Assembly: GCA_031426455.1 (NCBI GenBank)
Contig: JANPLI010000211.1
Location: 3,153-67,152 of the forward strand
Direction of reading: 5' to 3'
Length of the DNA stretch: 64,000 nucleotides
Origin: Hymenobacteraceae bacterium
GTDB taxonomy: Bacteria > Bacteroidota > Bacteroidia > Cytophagales > Hymenobacteraceae
Shown here: piece by piece, positions 1 to 10,354 of the stretch
How positions within the stretch are numbered: the first letter of the stretch is position 1
How the letters are laid out: every line of letters begins with the position of its first letter
Translations under genes and position numbers: made by a program
Notes under the pieces: model-generated
What the model was told of the DNA's origin: nothing
What the model saw: only the letters and a program-made list of their open reading frames with translations
Database searches by the model: none

Positions 1-1673
1 ATTTTGGGGTTGTCGCGCGGGGCGAAGGCCACGAACACGGCGTGGTCCTCGCCGTGGGGGTTTTCAGCGGTGCCGGTTTTGCCGCACACCACCACGTTGG
101 CCGACCGGCGGAGCTTCGCGAACGAGCCGGTGCCGAAGTCCACCACGTCCTGCATACCGTCGATTACTGGCTCGAAGTATTGCTGGTTCACGGCGGTGAA
201 GTGCTTCTCGCGGTACAGGTCCAGGGGGCGGCCGTTCTTGCCGATGGCCCGCACCAGGTGCGGCGTGTAGTAGAAACCCCGATTGGCCATAATCGCCATC
301 AGGTTAGCCATTTGGAGTGGCGTGACGCCGGTTTCGCCCTGTCCGATGCTGAGCGAATAGATCGTCGGAAATTTCCAGCGATGGTAGCCGTACACCTTGT
401 CGTAGAAAGTGGCGGAGGCGATCAGGCCCATTTTCTCGTGCGGCAGGTCGGTGCCGAGCTTTTGGGCCAGTCCGAAGCTCTGCACCATCGGGCGCCAGGC
501 TTCCATTCCGCGCCGCACGTCTTCAGTAGCCGAGCCGGTGCGTCCGCGCGCCACCATACTCCGGAAGACCTGGTAAAAGTACGGGTTGCAGGAATGCTTG
601 ATGGCGATGCGCAGGTTGCGGCCCGGCTCGTGGCCGTGGGCGCACTTCACCAGGTTCTGGTTGCAGGGGTAGCCGGTTTCCGGGGTCAGCACGCCTTGCT
701 GCATCGCCACGAGCGCCTGCACGAGCTTGAAGATCGAGCCAGGCGGATAAACGGCCATCAGCGGACGGTCGAAGAGCGGGCGCTTGGGGTCGCGTAGTAG
801 CGCCATATAATTGGTGCCGTACTGCTTGCCCGTGAGCAGGTTGGGGTCGTAGAACGGCGCCGAGATGAATGCCAGAATCTCGCCCGTGGCGGGTTCAATC
901 GCCACCACTGACCCCACCTTACCGGCCATCAGCGACTCGCCGTAGGCCTGGAGCTTCAGGTCGAGGGTAGTCTGGATATCCTGCCCGGCCACGGCGGCCG
1001 TGTCGAAGGCGCCGCCCTTGTACGGGCCTTTCTCGATGCCGCGCACATTCACCATCGTGAAGCGCGTCCCGCTGCGGCCCATCAGGTAGGGCTCGTATTT
1101 GGCTTCCAGACCACTGATACCCAGGTAGTCGCCGGAATGATAGCGGGCGTAGGATGAATCGGCAAGTTTCGCCGGCGAGATCTCGCCGATGTACCCCAGC
1201 GCGTGGCTCAGGCTGCGGTGTGGGTAGCCGCGCTCCGTGCGGGCGTTGATGTAGAAGCCCGGAAAGTCCATCAGCTCGTCCTGGACGGCCGCGAAATCCT
1301 GCACGCTCAGCTTCGGTAGCAGCACCGACGGCCGGACGCGCGAAAACGTCCGGGCTGCTTTTAGCCCGGCGCGCAGCTCTGGCAGGGGTAAGCGGAACAG
1401 GCGGCAGAAGCGCACCGTGTCGAGGCCCTTGACTTCGCGCGGCACCACCATCAGGTCGTAGATGGGCGTATTCTGCACCAGCAGCGCGCCGTGGCGGTCG
1501 TACACCAGCCCCCGAAACGGGTATTGCGTGGTCTTGCGAATGGCGTTGTTATCGGCGGCCAGCTTGTACCGGTCGTCGATGATCTGGAGCCAGAACAGCC
1601 GGGCCGCGAACACCACCGCGATAGCCAAAAAAATGGCCTGGACCGTGTATTTGCGGTTTTCTAAATAATTCAC
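1..1673 (-). CDS. mrdA: Penicillin-binding protein 2 (peptidoglycan D,D-transpeptidase); N-terminal ~557 codons, 3' end runs off the window
   Basis: Absent from the ORF track because there is no stop inside the window. My minus-strand translation from GTG at 1673 reads VNYLENRKYTVQAIFLAIAVVFAARLFWLQIIDDRYKLAADNNAIRK... It continues with ...SIGQGETGVTPLQMANLMAIMANRG... and ...CGKTGTAENPHGEDHAVF (KTG box). It lies directly after mreB-mreC-mreD. Confidence 0.85.
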   Translation of the reverse strand, partial: MNYLENRKYTVQAIFLAIAVVFAARLFWLQIIDDRYKLAADNNAIRKTTQYPFRGLVYDRHGALLVQNTPIYDLMVVPREVKGLDTVRFCRLFRLPLPELRAGLKAARTFSRVRPSVLLPKLSVQDFAAVQDELMDFPGFYINARTERGYPHRSLSHALGYIGEISPAKLADSSYARYHSGDYLGISGLEAKYEPYLMGRSGTRFTMVNVRGIEKGPYKGGAFDTAAVAGQDIQTTLDLKLQAYGESLMAGKVGSVVAIEPATGEILAFISAPFYDPNLLTGKQYGTNYMALLRDPKRPLFDRPLMAVYPPGSIFKLVQALVAMQQGVLTPETGYPCNQNLVKCAHGHEPGRNLRIAIKHSCNPYFYQVFRSMVARGRTGSATEDVRRGMEAWRPMVQSFGLAQKLGTDLPHEKMGLIASATFYDKVYGYHRWKFPTIYSLSIGQGETGVTPLQMANLMAIMANRGFYYTPHLVRAIGKNGRPLDLYREKHFTAVNQQYFEPVIDGMQDVVDFGTGSFAKLRRSANVVVCGKTGTAENPHGEDHAVFVAFAPRDNPK

Positions 1674-1954
1674 TTCACCGTGTACAGGAGCTTGTCGAGG
1701 TCAGAAGTCAGGCCTGACAACGATTTGATGAATTTCGGGCGTTCCACCGTGATGTAGGTGGCTTATTCATCGACCAGGATCCCGGCTTCGGTGCGCAGGG
1801 CGATGGACTGGTAATAGTCGGGCAGTTCCGGCCAGATTACGGGTGAGCGGAACGAAATAAGTGTTTTCGGTAGCGTCGTCGGGCAGCATCGCTCGCAAAG
1901 GTCGGTAGCAGGGGCAGCATGAGGCTGACCGCCGGGCGTTCGTCGCTTTGCGCT

Positions 1955-2476
1955 TTACCGCGCCGCCGGTTCCCAGAGCAGCAACTGGGCAATCAGCAGC
2001 GTGACTTCCGTGAACAGTGCACTGGCCAGAATCCGGGCGATGGCCCCGAAACCCAGCCCGATATGGCCGACTTCAATCCAGAAAACGGCCGTATGATGCA
2101 CCAGCACGAGGGGCAGCGTGGCCAGGAGCCACCACGTCCAGCCCATCCGGTGGCCGTTCACGGTGTCCTGACTGTCGTAACCGTCGCGCGGGCGGATGAT
2201 GCGCAACTGGCCCGCCCGCAGAAACGCCACCAGCACGCAAGCGGCGGCGTGAATGCCGCCGGTATCGTAGAACAGATCCAGCGTCCAGCCCAGCACAAAA
2301 GCGAGTAAAAGCTCCCAGGGACGGCCCAACTGAATCGGCAGGAAGAGCAAAAAGCCGACGTACACGAAGCAAAAGCCCGTATCGAAGAGCGCCAGGCGCC
2401 GGGCCAGCAACACTTGCGTCAGGATGAAAAGCGCAAAGCGCGCCGCCTGGAGGAGCCATTCACGGGTCAGCGTCAT
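1955..2476 (-). CDS. mreD: Rod shape-determining protein MreD (multi-pass membrane protein)
   Basis: 173-aa hydrophobic ORF. Its start overlaps the mreC stop by 4 nt (2473-2476). Position is the canonical mreBCD order. Confidence 0.7.
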   Translation of the reverse strand: MTLTREWLLQAARFALFILTQVLLARRLALFDTGFCFVYVGFLLFLPIQLGRPWELLLAFVLGWTLDLFYDTGGIHAAACVLVAFLRAGQLRIIRPRDGYDSQDTVNGHRMGWTWWLLATLPLVLVHHTAVFWIEVGHIGLGFGAIARILASALFTEVTLLIAQLLLWEPAAR

Positions 2477-3444
2477 CGGCGGGTTGCCTCCTTTCCGGCG
2501 CCTTGGGCGGCATTGCTTTCTGCCGCCATCCCGGCGCGGCCTTCGCCGTAAGAGCTTTTGGCTTCCAGCGAATCGCGGAGCGGCTTGACTAGGCTCTCGA
2601 CGACGTAGGCTGTCAGCAGCCGCGCAAAGTCGGTAGCCAGCCGGACGCGGATCGTGCGGAACCCCTTATCCGGCTCCTGCCGGACGCCGGCCACGAAGCC
2701 CAGCAGTACGCCCGGCGGAAACACGGCGTTGTAGCCGCTGGTCACGATGGTGTCGCCGGGGCGCACTTCCACGTGGCGCGGCACGAATTCCAGCGAAGCA
2801 AAGCGCGCGTTGTCGCCGGGCCACCGGATCGAGCCAATCGCATCGTTGCGGCGGATGCGCGCCGCCACCAGACTGCGCGAATGCAGCAGGCTGACCACCG
2901 TGGCGTAGCCGGCGCTCACCACTTTCACGCGGCCCACCACCCCGGCTGGCCCCACGACGCCCATTCCCGGCCGCACGCCGGCATCGGTCCCCACGTCGAG
3001 GGTCAGAAAATTGTCGGCCCGCGTAATGGAATTGTTGATGACGTGCGCCGGAATCAGGCGGTACGGCAGCGCGCCCCGGAACGGCGGGTGCAGCGAGTCG
3101 CGCCGAGCGGCCAGGCCGGGCCGCAGCACCGAGTCGAGGTCGGCGCGGGCGGCGGGCGTGGCGGGGTGCATAGCCGAATCGGCGATCGCCTGTCGGCCCC
3201 AAAGCTCGGTGCGGAGCCGGGCGTTTTCGGCTTGCAACACTTGGTTTTCTTCGCGTAGGTGCAGATATTCGGTAGCGCGGCTTTGCAGCGTCAGCAGCCG
3301 GCCAATGTAAACGTTGGCCGAGTTGAAGTACGCCGCGCGGTGGTAGGCGCTGTTCTGCACGATCAGGTACGCCGCCAAACCTTCCAGCAGCAGGAAAAGC
3401 AGCAGCGAGCGGTAGCGAAGAAGGAAAAGGAGAAGGTTGCGCAA
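2473..3444 (-). CDS. mreC: Rod shape-determining protein MreC
   Basis: N-terminal TM helix (LLFLLLEGLAAYLIV), then a coiled-coil stretch (LREENQVLQAENARLRTEL) and a beta-rich domain. Located between mreB and mreD. Confidence 0.8.
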   Translation of the reverse strand: MRNLLLFLLRYRSLLLFLLLEGLAAYLIVQNSAYHRAAYFNSANVYIGRLLTLQSRATEYLHLREENQVLQAENARLRTELWGRQAIADSAMHPATPAARADLDSVLRPGLAARRDSLHPPFRGALPYRLIPAHVINNSITRADNFLTLDVGTDAGVRPGMGVVGPAGVVGRVKVVSAGYATVVSLLHSRSLVAARIRRNDAIGSIRWPGDNARFASLEFVPRHVEVRPGDTIVTSGYNAVFPPGVLLGFVAGVRQEPDKGFRTIRVRLATDFARLLTAYVVESLVKPLRDSLEAKSSYGEGRAGMAAESNAAQGAGKEATRR

Positions 3445-3448
3445 AGCT

Positions 3449-3529
3449 GAATGAGGAATGAGGAATGAAGAATGAGGAATGCCGACGGCTGTGGGGCCAT
3501 TCTTTATTCCTCATTCCTCATTCCTCATT
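3449..3529. repeat. Intercistronic hairpin whose arms are 7-nt tandem repeats (GAATGAG)n / (CTCATTC)n
   Basis: Left arm gaatgaggaatgaggaatgaagaatgaggaatg. Right arm cattctttattcctcattcctcattcctcatt. Sits between the mreB stop and the mreC start. Confidence 0.8.
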
Positions 3530-4553
3530 AAGTCAGCAGGACGTTTCGGAACCCTACGATATTCTTTAGCGCCGCGCCGGTACCGCGCACGACGGCACGG
3601 AGCGGGTCTTCGGCGATGTGAACCGGCAGTTTTGTCTTGCGGCTCAGGCGTTTGTCCAGGCCGCGGAGCAGCGCGCCGCCGCCCGTGACGTGAATGCCGT
3701 TATCGTAGATGTCGGCCGATAGTTCCGGCGGCGATACTTCCAGCGCCTTCATCACGGCTTCTTCGATCTTGGCGACGGAATTGTCTAGGGCATCGGCGAT
3801 TTCGGCGTAATGTACCCGGATCACCTTCGGAATGCCCGTCATCAGGTCGCGGCCGCGCACTTCGTAGTCTGTTGGCGGGTGTTCGAGTTCGGTGAGGGCG
3901 GCGCCGACTTCAATCTTGATTTTTTCCGCCGACCGCTCGCCGATCAGCAGGTTGTGCTGGCGGCGCATATAGTCGAGGATGTCCTGCGTGAAAACGTCGC
4001 CGGCGGTCTTGATCGACTGGTCGCAGACGATGCCCGAGAGCGCAATGACGGCAATTTCGGTGGTGCCGCCGCCGATGTCCACGATCATCGTCCCGACGGG
4101 CTGCTCCACGTCCACGCCGATGCCGATGGCGGCGGCCATTGGCTCCTGAATCATCCAGACTTCCTTGGCGCCAGCGTGTTCGGCGGAGTCGCGGACGGCG
4201 CGTTTTTCGACTTCCGTAATGCCGCTGGGAATGCAGATCACCATCCGGTGCGAGGGCGTGAAGAAGCGCGACGACGTGTCGATCATCTTGATCATCCCCC
4301 GAATCATATGTTCGGCGGCGTGGAAGTCGGCGATCACGCCGTCCTTCAGCGGCCGGATGGTCTTGATGTTGTCGTGGGTTTTTTCGTGCATCTGCATCGC
4401 CGTCCGGCCTACGGCGAGCACTTTATTGGTGGTCCGGTCGATGGCGATGATGGAGGGTTCATCGACGACGATCTTGTCGTTGTGGATGATGAGCGTATTG
4501 GCCGTGCCGAGGTCAATCGCAATGTCGGACGTCAGAAAGCTGAAGAGGCCCAT
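3528..4553 (-). CDS. mreB: Rod shape-determining actin-like protein MreB
   Basis: 341 aa. Actin/Hsp70-fold motifs DLGTANTLI, IVDIGGGTTEIAV and TGGGALLRGLD. Confidence 0.95.
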   Translation of the reverse strand: MGLFSFLTSDIAIDLGTANTLIIHNDKIVVDEPSIIAIDRTTNKVLAVGRTAMQMHEKTHDNIKTIRPLKDGVIADFHAAEHMIRGMIKMIDTSSRFFTPSHRMVICIPSGITEVEKRAVRDSAEHAGAKEVWMIQEPMAAAIGIGVDVEQPVGTMIVDIGGGTTEIAVIALSGIVCDQSIKTAGDVFTQDILDYMRRQHNLLIGERSAEKIKIEVGAALTELEHPPTDYEVRGRDLMTGIPKVIRVHYAEIADALDNSVAKIEEAVMKALEVSPPELSADIYDNGIHVTGGGALLRGLDKRLSRKTKLPVHIAEDPLRAVVRGTGAALKNIVGFRNVLLT

Positions 4554-4736
4554 TCAAAGGAAGGCACCGAAACGGGCGCCGGGCGGGAAGAGCAAGCGGG
4601 GAAGGAAGGCGGACGAGGGGTGGGCGGCGGTAGCAGCCGACAAAGGTACGGCCGGAAGCAGCGCGGTTTTCGCGGCAACCGGCAACCGACGCGGAGCCCG
4701 CTTGTCGCCGGTCGCCGGAAACCGGGCGTGAGCGCA

Positions 4737-5351
4737 TCATTGGACGGATTTTTCCCGCAAAAACGTCCCCGTATCGGTAAAATAGAGCAGCTTGCCCGGC
4801 AGCGTTACTTCCCAGACGCAACGCCCCGCCGGGTTTTCCAGCAAAATGGTTTCGCTGATGGTCTGCCCGGTATACTTTTCGGTCAAATAAGTAATGGCCG
4901 GGCTGGGCAGCGCCGATGCCCGCTGGTAGTAGCCCCGGTCGGCGCCCCGTTCAAAGGGCAGGTAACGCCACTGCGTGGGGTCGAATCTTTGGGAAGGCAA
5001 GGGGTCGGTTGGGGGCGCGCCCGCAGCATCAGTCTTTGATTTGCCCTTCGCTTTCTCCTTGGCTTTCGCTTTGGCGGCACTTCTGGTTAAGGCTTTGGAT
5101 GCCGCGTTGGCCTCGGTGGATGGCACGGCATCTTCCGATGCATTTTCTGTGGCGGGGTAGAGCCGTGCCAGAGTAGCTCGGGCTTCATCGCGCGCTTTTT
5201 TGGTGCGGAACTGCCGGATGTACGCGTCCCGGGCCGCCGCCGACGGAGGGCCACTGGTCGGCCCGAATTGCGCCTGTACCTGTCCGCTCAGGCAACTCAT
5301 CAGAAGCCCCACAAATCCCAGGCGATACCAGCGACGAAAAAAACGAGTCAT
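4737..5351 (-). CDS. Secreted hypothetical protein with Lys/Ala-rich linker and a possible PepSY-like C-terminal domain
   Basis: ATG at 5351 gives MTRFFRRWYRLGFVGLLMSCLSGQVQAQ, a signal peptide. The C-terminus (YLTEKYTGQTISETILLEN...WEVTLPGKLLYFTDTGTFL) resembles PepSY-like folds. This call rests on weak recognition. Confidence 0.45.
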   Translation of the reverse strand: MTRFFRRWYRLGFVGLLMSCLSGQVQAQFGPTSGPPSAAARDAYIRQFRTKKARDEARATLARLYPATENASEDAVPSTEANAASKALTRSAAKAKAKEKAKGKSKTDAAGAPPTDPLPSQRFDPTQWRYLPFERGADRGYYQRASALPSPAITYLTEKYTGQTISETILLENPAGRCVWEVTLPGKLLYFTDTGTFLREKSVQ

Positions 5352-5432
5352 TTGAATGAATACGCAGCAAAAAGGCACATCAACTTCCGGCGGGCTGGCG
5401 CAACGACGCGTTTCGCCCTACCTTGCCCGTCG

Positions 5433-5726
5433 ATGCGCACCCAGGCCTGGCTGTATTTTTTGCTATTTGAAGCGGGCAGCTACGCCCTGCTGACGCTACT
5501 GTTACGCGGCGTGGGCTACGACGATCAATGGACCCCTGACAACACCATTACCGCCAATTGGGTCAAAGCGGTGTGGTTTTTACTCGGTCACCTGCTGCTT
5601 ACCCTGGCTGGCTACCTGGCCCTGAGTCAGCGCCTGCCCCAGAAATACCGCGCGCAGGCGTTGCCCTGGTTCGGCCGTTCGCTACTCGCAATGCTGGTCG
5701 AACTGGTGGTGCTGATGGGTTTCTAG
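5433..5726 (+). CDS. Small membrane protein, unknown function
   Basis: ATG at 5433 gives a 97-aa product with three hydrophobic helices. The upstream part of track ORF 5268..5726 overlaps the divergent gene. Confidence 0.45.
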   Translation: MRTQAWLYFLLFEAGSYALLTLLLRGVGYDDQWTPDNTITANWVKAVWFLLGHLLLTLAGYLALSQRLPQKYRAQALPWFGRSLLAMLVELVVLMGF

Positions 5727-5788
5727 TTGCTGGTTTCTGGTTGCTTGATTCCGAACAAACCAGAAACAAGCAACCAGAAACAAGCAAC
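5726..5788. terminator. Bidirectional stem-loop between convergent genes; arms built from GGTTTCT/CAAGCAAC-type short repeats
   Basis: gttgctggtttctggttgcttg ... caagcaaccagaaacaagcaac. Lies between the stop at 5726 (+) and the ppa stop at 5792 (-). Confidence 0.6.
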
Positions 5789-5791
5789 TCC

Positions 5792-6340
5792 TCAACCCAT
5801 TACCTCGCGCGGGGTGTCTTCGTAGAGCTTGATGGCGCGCCGGATGATTTCCAGCGCCTCCTCGCGGCCGAGGAAGTTTTCGACTACCACCGTCTTGCCT
5901 TCCAGCTTTTTGTAGTCTTCGTAGAAACCCCGGATTTCGAGCAGCATATGCGGCGGCAGGTCCGAAAGGTCGTTGAGGTGATTGACGGACTGGTCGTTCG
6001 CCGCCACGGCGATGATCTTGTCGTCTTCTTCATTGGCGTCGATCATCTGCATCACGCCGATAACTTTGGCTTCGAGCAGGCACATCGGCGGCACATCCAC
6101 CGAGCAGAGGACCATAATGTCGAGGGGGTCCTTGTCGTCGCAGTACGTACGCGGAATGAAGCCGTAAGCCGCCGGGTAATGGACGGCCGAGAACAGCACG
6201 CGGTCGAGTTTGAGCAGGCCGCTGGCCTTGTCCAGTTCGTATTTGCCGCGCGAGCCTTTTGGAATTTCGATGATGGCCTGCACGGTTTCGGGCGTGTTGT
6301 CGCCGTAATGAACGTCGTGCCAGGGGCTGAAAAGCGCCAT
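5792..6340 (-). CDS. ppa: Inorganic pyrophosphatase (family I)
   Basis: 182 aa. Contains [24 protein letters not shown] and [21 protein letters not shown], typical of soluble PPase. Confidence 0.95.
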   Translation of the reverse strand: MALFSPWHDVHYGDNTPETVQAIIEIPKGSRGKYELDKASGLLKLDRVLFSAVHYPAAYGFIPRTYCDDKDPLDIMVLCSVDVPPMCLLEAKVIGVMQMIDANEEDDKIIAVAANDQSVNHLNDLSDLPPHMLLEIRGFYEDYKKLEGKTVVVENFLGREEALEIIRRAIKLYEDTPREVMG

Positions 6341-6502
6341 TTTATATTAGTTGGGGAGAAGGCCGGCTAAGCGGCCGTTAAAGCAGAACGGTGATCGTCG
6401 GCGACACGGTAGGCAAACGCCACAGCCGCCGGGCAGCTACTGAATGAAGCCGCAAAGTAACCGCCGCCCTAACCAACCCGGCGCGTGGCCCGGCCGCTGG
6501 TT

Positions 6503-6580
6503 AAGTCAGAGGTGCGAAGTGCGAAGTGCGAGGTTAGGGAAGAATACCCGCCTGACTTCGCACCTCGCCCTTCGCACCTC
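6503..6580 (-). terminator. Hairpin with (GTGCGAA)n-type repeat arms directly downstream of the phosphatase gene
   Basis: aagtcagaggtgcgaagtgcgaagtgcgaggt ... tgacttcgcacctcgcccttcgcacctc. Ends 4 nt from the stop codon at 6584. Confidence 0.5.
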
Positions 6581-6583
6581 ATC

Positions 6584-8308
6584 CTATCTTCCCAACACTT
6601 CGTGCAGCGGGGTGCCGGTGGCGCCGTTGGGCTCCTGAATGCGGAGCCACTGGGCGAGGGTAGGGGCGATGTCGGTGATGCGGGCGTTGTGGGCGCTTTC
6701 GCCGGGCGTCACGCCCCAGCCCCAGAACAGCAGCGGCACGTGGGTGTCGTAGTTGCCCGCCGAGCCGTGGGTGGTGCCTTTGGTCAGCGGCCCCGCGTAG
6801 CCTTCGAGCCAGCCCGGTTCCAGCACCACCAGCACATCGCCGGAGCGCTTGGGGTAGAAGCCGTTTTCGAGGAAGCTCAGCAGGCCTTCGGTCCAGTGCG
6901 AGCGGGTGAGGTCGGTGCCGGTGATGGCGCGGCTGACGCCCGAAAAGCCTTCCATAAAGCGCGCGGCCACGTTTTCGACGGCCGTCAGCTCCAGTTTGCG
7001 CTCCGCAATCAATGGCCGGTTCAGGTACACCTGCTGGTTGTCGTAGGCTAGTACCCACTGGCCTTTGCCGTAGCGGCGGGCCATTTCGTGCTGGAGCGAG
7101 TCGCGCATCAGCACCGGCCCGATAGAGCCGGCGGGAATATGCTTGTCGGCCAAAAAGCCCGGTGCGTGCGCCGCGCCGTGGTCGGCGGTCAAAAAAACCA
7201 GGGCTTGCCCCTTGCCCACCTGTTGGTCCAGCGCGTCGAGCAGCCGGCCGAGGTCGCGGTCGAGGCGCAGGTACGTATCTTCGACTTCCACCGAATTCGG
7301 GCCGTAGAAGTGGCCCACGTAGTCGGTGGACGAAAAGCTGAGGGCCAGAAAGTCCGTCGCCGGCCCTTGCCCCAGCTTTTCCTGCCGAACGGCTTCGAGC
7401 GCAAAGTCCAGCGTCAGCGTGTTGCCGAAGGGCGTCTGCCGGATCAGGTCGTAGGACGAAGGTGGCTGCGAGGCCATTGGCACTTTCGGCAGGCCGGCGC
7501 GCTGAATGGCCGGCAGGTCGTGCGGAAAAACGGGCTTGGTTTCGCCGGCAAACAGGTTTTCCCAGGGCACGTCGTCGGCCGTCGATTCGGTGTAGTCGGC
7601 CAGTGGGCGCAGCGGCGTCCAGGGCTGACTGAGGTAGGCGCTGGCCGGGGCCTTGGCATTCCAGGCCGTGACCCAGGCGGGTAGGGCCGGGGTGTAATAC
7701 GTGCTGGTGATGAAGCCGCCGATGGTGCCGTCGAACCAGTAGCAGGCCGTGGGGAAGTGCCCGGCGGGCAGAATGGCCCCCCGGTCTTTGAGGCACACGC
7801 CGATGACTTTGGCGCGCGGGTCGGCGAGGCGCAGCTCGTCGGTAATGGTGGTGGTGAGCAGATTTTTCGGCGACATCTGCCCCGCTGCGGACGTACTGCC
7901 CACGGTTTGCACAGCGGGGTCGGCGGCGACGTAGGTCGCTTTACCGGCTTCGCGCACGAACCAGTCGTTGCCCACAATCCCGTTCGCCGACGGCGCCGCG
8001 CCCGTGTACACGCTCGCGTGGCCCGGTCCGGTGTAGGTGGGTACGTAGGTAAAGTGGGTGTTAGTGTACGAAAAACCTTTGCTCATCAGGCGCTTGAAGC
8101 CGCCGTTGGGAGCGTACTTGTCCCAGTAACGGGTCAGGAAGTCGTAGCGCATCTGGTCCACTACGATGCCCACCACCAGCTTGGGCCGGGGCAGTGGCGC
8201 GGCGGGGTTGAGCGGCTTGGCCGAATGCTGGGCGAAGGCGGGCGCGGTCGTCAGCAGGAGCGGCACGGCCAGCAGGGCGGTCAACAGAAAGAGCCGATTT
8301 CGTTTCAT
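6584..8308 (-). CDS. Alkaline phosphatase / nucleotide pyrophosphatase superfamily enzyme (PafA-like), secreted
   Basis: ATG at 8308 gives MKRNRLFLLTALLAVPLLLTTAPAFAQ, a signal peptide. AlkP-superfamily motifs are present: VVDQMRYDF, PTYTGPGHASVYTG (Thr nucleophile context), FLTADHG and GTTHGS. Confidence 0.8.
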   Translation of the reverse strand: MKRNRLFLLTALLAVPLLLTTAPAFAQHSAKPLNPAAPLPRPKLVVGIVVDQMRYDFLTRYWDKYAPNGGFKRLMSKGFSYTNTHFTYVPTYTGPGHASVYTGAAPSANGIVGNDWFVREAGKATYVAADPAVQTVGSTSAAGQMSPKNLLTTTITDELRLADPRAKVIGVCLKDRGAILPAGHFPTACYWFDGTIGGFITSTYYTPALPAWVTAWNAKAPASAYLSQPWTPLRPLADYTESTADDVPWENLFAGETKPVFPHDLPAIQRAGLPKVPMASQPPSSYDLIRQTPFGNTLTLDFALEAVRQEKLGQGPATDFLALSFSSTDYVGHFYGPNSVEVEDTYLRLDRDLGRLLDALDQQVGKGQALVFLTADHGAAHAPGFLADKHIPAGSIGPVLMRDSLQHEMARRYGKGQWVLAYDNQQVYLNRPLIAERKLELTAVENVAARFMEGFSGVSRAITGTDLTRSHWTEGLLSFLENGFYPKRSGDVLVVLEPGWLEGYAGPLTKGTTHGSAGNYDTHVPLLFWGWGVTPGESAHNARITDIAPTLAQWLRIQEPNGATGTPLHEVLGR

Positions 8309-8424
8309 TGCCTGCAAAGGTCGGCACGGGCTTCGTGGCCTGGCGGCGCCGGCCGGCCGTACCTTCGCGTCACTGCCGGCCACCCCCACCCAACGCATTC
8401 CGCGCCGGCCCCGAACGTATCCCA

Positions 8425-8826
8425 ATGGAAGTCGAAATCTTCACCCTCTGCGAGTACGCGCATACGTACGACGGCAACAAGCTCACCATCGTCGGCACCT
8501 TCGATGGCATCCAGGCCCCCCAGTTTCCGGCCCAGCACGCCTCCTGCTCCATCGCGGTCAAGCTTCGCTTCGCCGAGTCGGAAGCCGGCTCCCATTCGAT
8601 GGTGCTGAAAATGGTGAACGCCGCCGGCACCCCGGTTTTCCCGGAGCTGCAAGGCAATATCGAAGTCGGCCGCCCCGCGCCCGGCACCCACGCCGCCGTG
8701 GCAATGGCGATTCATATCAACCAGATTCCGTTCGAGAAGCCCGGTCGCTTCTCCTTCGAGCTGCACATCGACGGCGAATGGCGCGCGGGCCTGCCGTTGT
8801 TGGTGTCGCAGGCGCAGGTGGCGTAG
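8425..8826 (+). CDS. Hypothetical protein (133 aa)
   Basis: ATG at 8425 (MEVEIFTLCEYAHTYDGNKLTIVGTFDG...). Followed by a strong terminator. No family recognised with confidence. Confidence 0.5.
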   Translation: MEVEIFTLCEYAHTYDGNKLTIVGTFDGIQAPQFPAQHASCSIAVKLRFAESEAGSHSMVLKMVNAAGTPVFPELQGNIEVGRPAPGTHAAVAMAIHINQIPFEKPGRFSFELHIDGEWRAGLPLLVSQAQVA

Positions 8827-8843
8827 TAAGCCGCTTCGTAATC

Positions 8844-8890
8844 AACCAAACGGCCGGTCAGCAAAATGCTGACCGGCCGTTTGGTTTTTC
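8844..8890. terminator. Bidirectional rho-independent terminator
   Basis: 19-bp perfect stem aaccaaacggccggtcagc / gctgaccggccgtttggtt with loop aaaat and a flanking T-run. Lies between convergent genes ending at 8826 and 8915. Confidence 0.8.
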
Positions 8891-8914
8891 CGGAAAGATG
8901 GGCGGGCAGCTGCC

Positions 8915-10354
<1,440 letters not shown>

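Noticed and set aside
6579-7796. 405-aa minus-strand ORF in a second frame over the phosphatase gene
   Set aside because: It is an overlapping alternative frame, rich in Arg/Pro/Gly. The 6584..8308 frame carries the alkaline-phosphatase motifs and a signal peptide.
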